Part shown: piece after piece, positions 41,801-45,738 of the stretch | Layout of the letters: every line of letters starts with the position of its first letter | Position numbering within the stretch: position 1 is the stretch's first letter | DNA from: Tubiluchus corallicola | Taxonomy: Eukaryota; Animalia; Priapulida | DNA: 45,738 nt | Direction: 5' to 3' | NCBI GenBank assembly: GCA_030141605.1 | Contig: JAQGDQ010001347.1 | Span: 1 to 45,738 of the forward strand | Notes under the pieces: model-generated | Databases searched by the model: none | What the model saw: the letters and a program-made list of their open reading frames with translations, nothing else | Told to the model about the DNA's origin: nothing | Position numbers and translations under genes: made by a program

Positions 41801-42412
41801 AACAGGTGCTGTACCTCTCAGTTCAGATGTGTTAGTTTATGATGAATGCGTTCGGCAGCACATGCATGAGCACAACGGTAAATTTGAATTTTTGAATTAA
41901 AACTTGCCTAGTTTTAGTACAGCACATTGAACATCTTACAGAAGCACTGCACTTCAATTTTCAGTTTCGCAAACACGTTCAACACGCTCGTGGAACATTT
42001 TTGTTGATGTAAATTATGTTAATTTGTGATGTCATCAATAGTTGGCTTGCCTACCGTTAACTGTTTTTAATCTGTTATTTAACTAAAGTGCGTTAGCAGT
42101 ATTCATTTTGTCAAAATGTTTACTTTTTAGCATACGTGAAAATAAGGTAGGATATGAAAAATCACACTGTGGATGATTTAAAACACTTTTTTTAGTTTCA
42201 AACTATTTTAGGGCAACCCTTATAGCACCCTCCCTATGTTGGAGGACGGAAAGGTGCTGCTCTGGGACGCACAGGTTATCATGACGTACTTAGCTAACAA
42301 ATTTGCTTCGGACAGTTTGCTGTATCCGCGTGACATTGTAGAGCGCGCTCTTGTGGAACAAGTCATGAATTTCAACACCAGGGTACTGTATCCAACCATA
42401 TTTGAATTCCTG
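38807..42412 (+). CDS. Glutathione S-transferase, Delta/Theta-like, N-terminally extended, 3'-incomplete; join(38807-38923,39595-39759,40988-41146,42212-42412)
   Basis: All introns phase 0, GT-AG; LYINPVSAPSRAVMM, NPYSTLPMLEDG, LLWDAQVIMTYLANKF, LYPRDIVERALVEQ match the GST N-domain and linker; in-frame stop upstream of ATG 38807. Confidence 0.8.
38960..39570. repeat. 21-bp pyrimidine-rich tandem repeat filling a GST intron
   Basis: Unit TTTTCTACTCCTGTTTGCTCT, degenerating towards the 3' end. Confidence 0.9.
39820..40780. repeat. Imperfect (CT)n polypyrimidine tract filling a GST intron
   Basis: Direct reading. Confidence 0.95.
40988..41146 (+). CDS. GST N-domain exon (beta1-alpha1-beta2)
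   Basis: ttttcag / gttagt; SAPSRAV motif with the catalytic-position Ser. Confidence 0.88.
41163..41570 (+). mobile_element. Solo LTR, same family as 22896-23285
   Basis: TGTGG..TTTCACA termini, flanks TTATT/CTATT, colinear internal sequence with a short internal duplication. Confidence 0.85.
41574..42181. mobile_element. Dispersed repeat family C, copy 2 (TTAA at both ends)
   Basis: Similar to 3350-3782; superfamily not resolved. Confidence 0.7.
42212..42412 (+). CDS. GST exon (cis-Pro loop, alpha3, linker, alpha4)
   Basis: ttttag / gtaagt; NP..TLP.L.DG..LWD..I..YL..K..LYP.D...RA.V.Q. Confidence 0.9.
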
Positions 42413-42465
42413 GTAAGTGTTGTCAGACTAGCTTTACATTTTTCACATTTAATAACTTCACCTGA

Positions 42466-42823
42466 AGTAAAGAGGACCTGTTAAACTATGTTAAAAGCGT
42501 TAGATTATGATAGATAATTATGTTGATGAATGCTGGCTTGAAGCCAGTTAAGGAGTGGTGTCACGTGAGCTAGTGATTCAGAACCGAAGCGTCGAAGCTC
42601 GGCGCACGATATATAAGCATTGTGATGCGCCCAGCTCAGGGATTGAGTGTGGGAGCTGAAGGAGAGCAAGCTAGATCAGGGGGCTTGGCATTACTATCTG
42701 TTGTATTTATTGTGTTTGATGTTCAATAAACGTGTAGTTTTATAATCTGACTCTTCATAGTTTTGCCATCCCTAAAACACCAATAATCAGATTCACTCAA
42801 CCAATACAACGAGTTATTTTAGT
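42466..42823 (+). mobile_element. AGT..ACT solo-LTR-like element, copy 2
   Basis: Colinear with copy 1; flanks CCTGA/ACTGA. Confidence 0.7.
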
Positions 42824-43447
42824 ACTGATTCACATAATGTTTCTTTGAAATATTACACTTTTGTATAAAAATTATGTAGATACTTTGACTGCGCCATTCA
42901 AAATAGGTTTTATAAGACCTATGATTTTATGCTACTGTATGAGCACAGACATAGTTAAATGATTGCAAATTAGGTACTATTCTATTCAATAGAACCTTGG
43001 CTATCCAATCATTCTATTTGTTTAAGGATTTATAAATGATTTAATTGGATAAAATTAAGAAAAACACGCCCATTTCAGGCACTCCCACTTGGCGTATTGA
43101 GTAGGTTAGTCTGGTGTACACTTGCCTGATCGTACACACTATTTTATTGATTGCCTGCTTGCTATAACCCAAGCTGTGCAGTATTCTGCGATATTCAAGG
43201 AAAAAACAACTAATCAGCCAAGGGCAAATTATGGTTGATTCTTCTTTTAACAGAAATTTCCCGTTAAAAATAGAGTAGACTTGAGACCAGTGTGTATCAG
43301 AGTATTGTGTTTGGAAGAGCTGAAATTTCTTGCATTAGTCGATTTCAGTGCAATCGCTGCAGTTACTGAAATATTTTTTTTTCAATTTTTTTGTCAGAAA
43401 CAATTTTTAATTTATCTAAGGTACATAATTTTGCATGAAAATCCATT

Positions 43448-45080
43448 GAGTGTGAGAAGTAGAAACCTACGAAAATTATCAAATTGCACGTAATCCTTGC
43501 TAAGTGTGAGAAGTAGAAACCTACGAAAATTATCAACTTGCACGTAATCCTTGCTAAGTGTGAGAAGTAGAAACCTACGAAAATTATCAAATTGCACGTA
43601 ATCCCTGCTAAGTGTGAGAAGTAGAAACCTACGAAAATTATGAAATTGCACATAATCCCTGCTAAGTGTGAGAAGTAGAAACCTACGAAAATTATCAACT
43701 TGCACGTAATCCTTGCTAAGTGTGAGAAGTAGAAACCTACGAAAATTATCAAATTGCACGTAATCCCTGCTAAGTGTGAGAAGTAGAAACCTACGAAAAT
43801 TATGAAATTGCACATAATCCCTGCTAAGTGTGAGAAGTAGAAACCTACGAAAATTATCAACTTGCACATAATCCTTGCTAAGTGTGAGAAGTAGAAACCT
43901 ACGAAAATTATCAAATTGCACATAATCTCTGCTAAGTATGAGAAGTAGAAACCTACGAAAATTATGAAATTGCACGTAATCCCTGCTAAGTGTGAGAAGT
44001 AGAAACCTACGAAAATTATGAAATTGCACGTAATCCCTGCTAAGTGTGAGAAGTAGAAACCTACGAAAATTATCAAATTGCACGTAATCCTTGCTAAGTG
44101 TGAGAAGTAGAAACCTACGAAAATTATGAAATTGCACGTAATCCCTGCTAAGTATGAGAAGTAGAAACCTACGAAAATTATCAAATCGCACGTAATCCTT
44201 GCTAAGTGTGAAAAGTAGAAACCTACGAAAATTATCAAATTGCACGTAATCCCTGCTAAGTATGAGAAGTAGAAACCTACGAAAATTATGAAATTGCACG
44301 TAATCCCTGCTAAGTGTGAGAAGTAGAAACCTACGAAAATTATCAAATTGCACGTAATCCCTGCTAAGTGTGAGATTTAGAAACCTACGAAAATTATCAA
44401 CTTGCACGTAATCCTTGCTAAGTGTGAGAAGTAGAAACCTACGAAAATTATGAAATTGCACGTAATCCCTGCTAAGTGTGAGAAGTAGAAACCTAAGAAA
44501 ATTATCAAATCGCACGTAATCCCTGCTAAGTGTGAGAAGTAGAAACCTACGAAAATTATCAAATTGCACGTAATCCTTGCTAAGTGTGAGAAGTAGAAAC
44601 CTACGAAAATTATCAAATTGCACGTAATCCTTGCTAAGTGTGAGAAGTAGAAACCTACGAAAATTATGAAATTGCACGTAATCCCTGCTAAGTGTGAGAA
44701 GTAGAAACCTACGAAAATTATCAACTTGCACGTAATCCCTGCTAAGTGTGAGAAGTAGAAACCTACGAAAATTATCAAATTGCACGTAATCCTTGCTAAG
44801 TGTGAGAAGTAGAAACCTACGAAAATTATCAAATTGCACGTAATCCTTGCTAAGTGTGAGAAGTAGAAACCTACGAAAATTATCAAATTGCACGTAATCC
44901 TTGCTAAGTGTGAGAAGTAGAAACCTACGAAAATTATCAAATTGCACGTAATCCCTGCTAAGTGTGAGAAGTAGAAACCTACGAAAATTATCAAATTGCA
45001 CGTAATCCTTGCTAAGTGTGAGAAGTAGAAACCTACGAAAATTATCAAATCGCACGTCATCCCTGCTAAGTGTGAGAAGT
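43448..45080. repeat. 54-bp tandem repeat, ~30 copies
   Basis: Unit GCTAAGTGTGAGAAGTAGAAACCTACGAAAATTATCAAATTGCACGTAATCCYT with a few recurring two-state variants. Confidence 0.97.
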
Positions 45081-45304
45081 TTTTAGGAACACGCGTAAAA
45101 TGGTTACATGTTAGTTTACGTGAAAATTTGTGAATCGTAACGGTATCTTTGGAAACTGTCAAAAGTTGACCTTTAGAAGTGTAAATGTTGACCTTTCATA
45201 GCTTGCTTCACAGTGGCTACGATAGGCCAACATTTATCCTTTTAAAGGTCAACTTTTGACCTAATGATATATAAAGTTTTACTAGTCTGTCCTGATTTTA
45301 TAGT

Positions 45305-45671
45305 AGTAAAATAATTCGTTGTGTAAAGCTGACTATTGGTGTTTTAGGGATGGCAAAACTATGAAGAGTCAGATTATAAAACTACACGTTTATTGAACAT
45401 CAAACACAATAAATATAACAGATAGTAATGCCAAACCCCCTGATCTAGCTTCCTCTCCTTCAGCTCCCAGACTCAATCCCCTGAGCTGGGCGCATCAAAA
45501 GGCTTATATATCGTGCGCCGAGCTATAACGCCTCGACGCCTACGCTTCGGTAATGAGTCACTTACTCACGTGACACCACTCCTTACCTGGGCTTCATGCC
45601 AGCATTCATCAATATAATTATAATTGTCATAATCTAGCGCTTTTAACATAGTTTAGCAGGTTCTCTTTACT
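45305..45671 (-). mobile_element. AGT..ACT solo-LTR-like element, copy 3 (inverted)
   Basis: Reverse complement of copies 1-2; flanks ATTAT/ACTAT in element orientation. Confidence 0.7.
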
Positions 45672-45738
45672 ATAATCGCACAGAAACTGCACTAGGAATT
45701 GTAAACAATATCCTCTACAGCAGTTTCAAATTTTATTT

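Noticed and set aside
43448-45080. CRISPR-like appearance of the 54-bp, 31-bp, 63-bp and ~108-bp arrays
   Set aside because: No unique spacers, no cas genes, eukaryotic intron context.
43363-45162. 547, 327 and 261 aa minus-strand ORFs
   Set aside because: Caused by a 54-bp (18-codon) unit lacking stops in two frames; overlapping frames are equally open and there is no unique domain.
45217-45248. Possible next GST exon after tttcatag
   Set aside because: The phase-0 frame hits TAG after seven codons; the C-terminal exons probably lie beyond the window.

Overview
AT-rich, intron-containing animal (invertebrate-like) genomic DNA, not prokaryotic; no CRISPR array. Hand-assembled gene models: (1) a complete minus-strand PRDM10/15-family gene (8 coding exons, 13662->518, ~1108 aa; zinc knuckle, PR/SET domain, ~17 zinc fingers); (2) a head-to-head plus-strand gene (14216->32954) whose 3' six exons encode a 5-methylthioribose-kinase (MtnK/APH-fold)-like C-lobe lacking both catalytic acidic motifs, with an unresolved N-lobe; (3) an antisense exon resembling TFIIIC subunit GTF3C6 in an intron of gene 2; (4) the 5' part of a Delta/Theta-like glutathione S-transferase gene with a ~94 aa N-terminal extension (38807->42412, 3' exons not found). 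Introns hold many MITE families, two solo-LTR-like families, a 5S rRNA-headed SINE with an RTE-like body, a ~550 bp inverted duplication and many tandem arrays, several starting at or just after splice donors. All homology calls are motif recognition from memory, not database searches.
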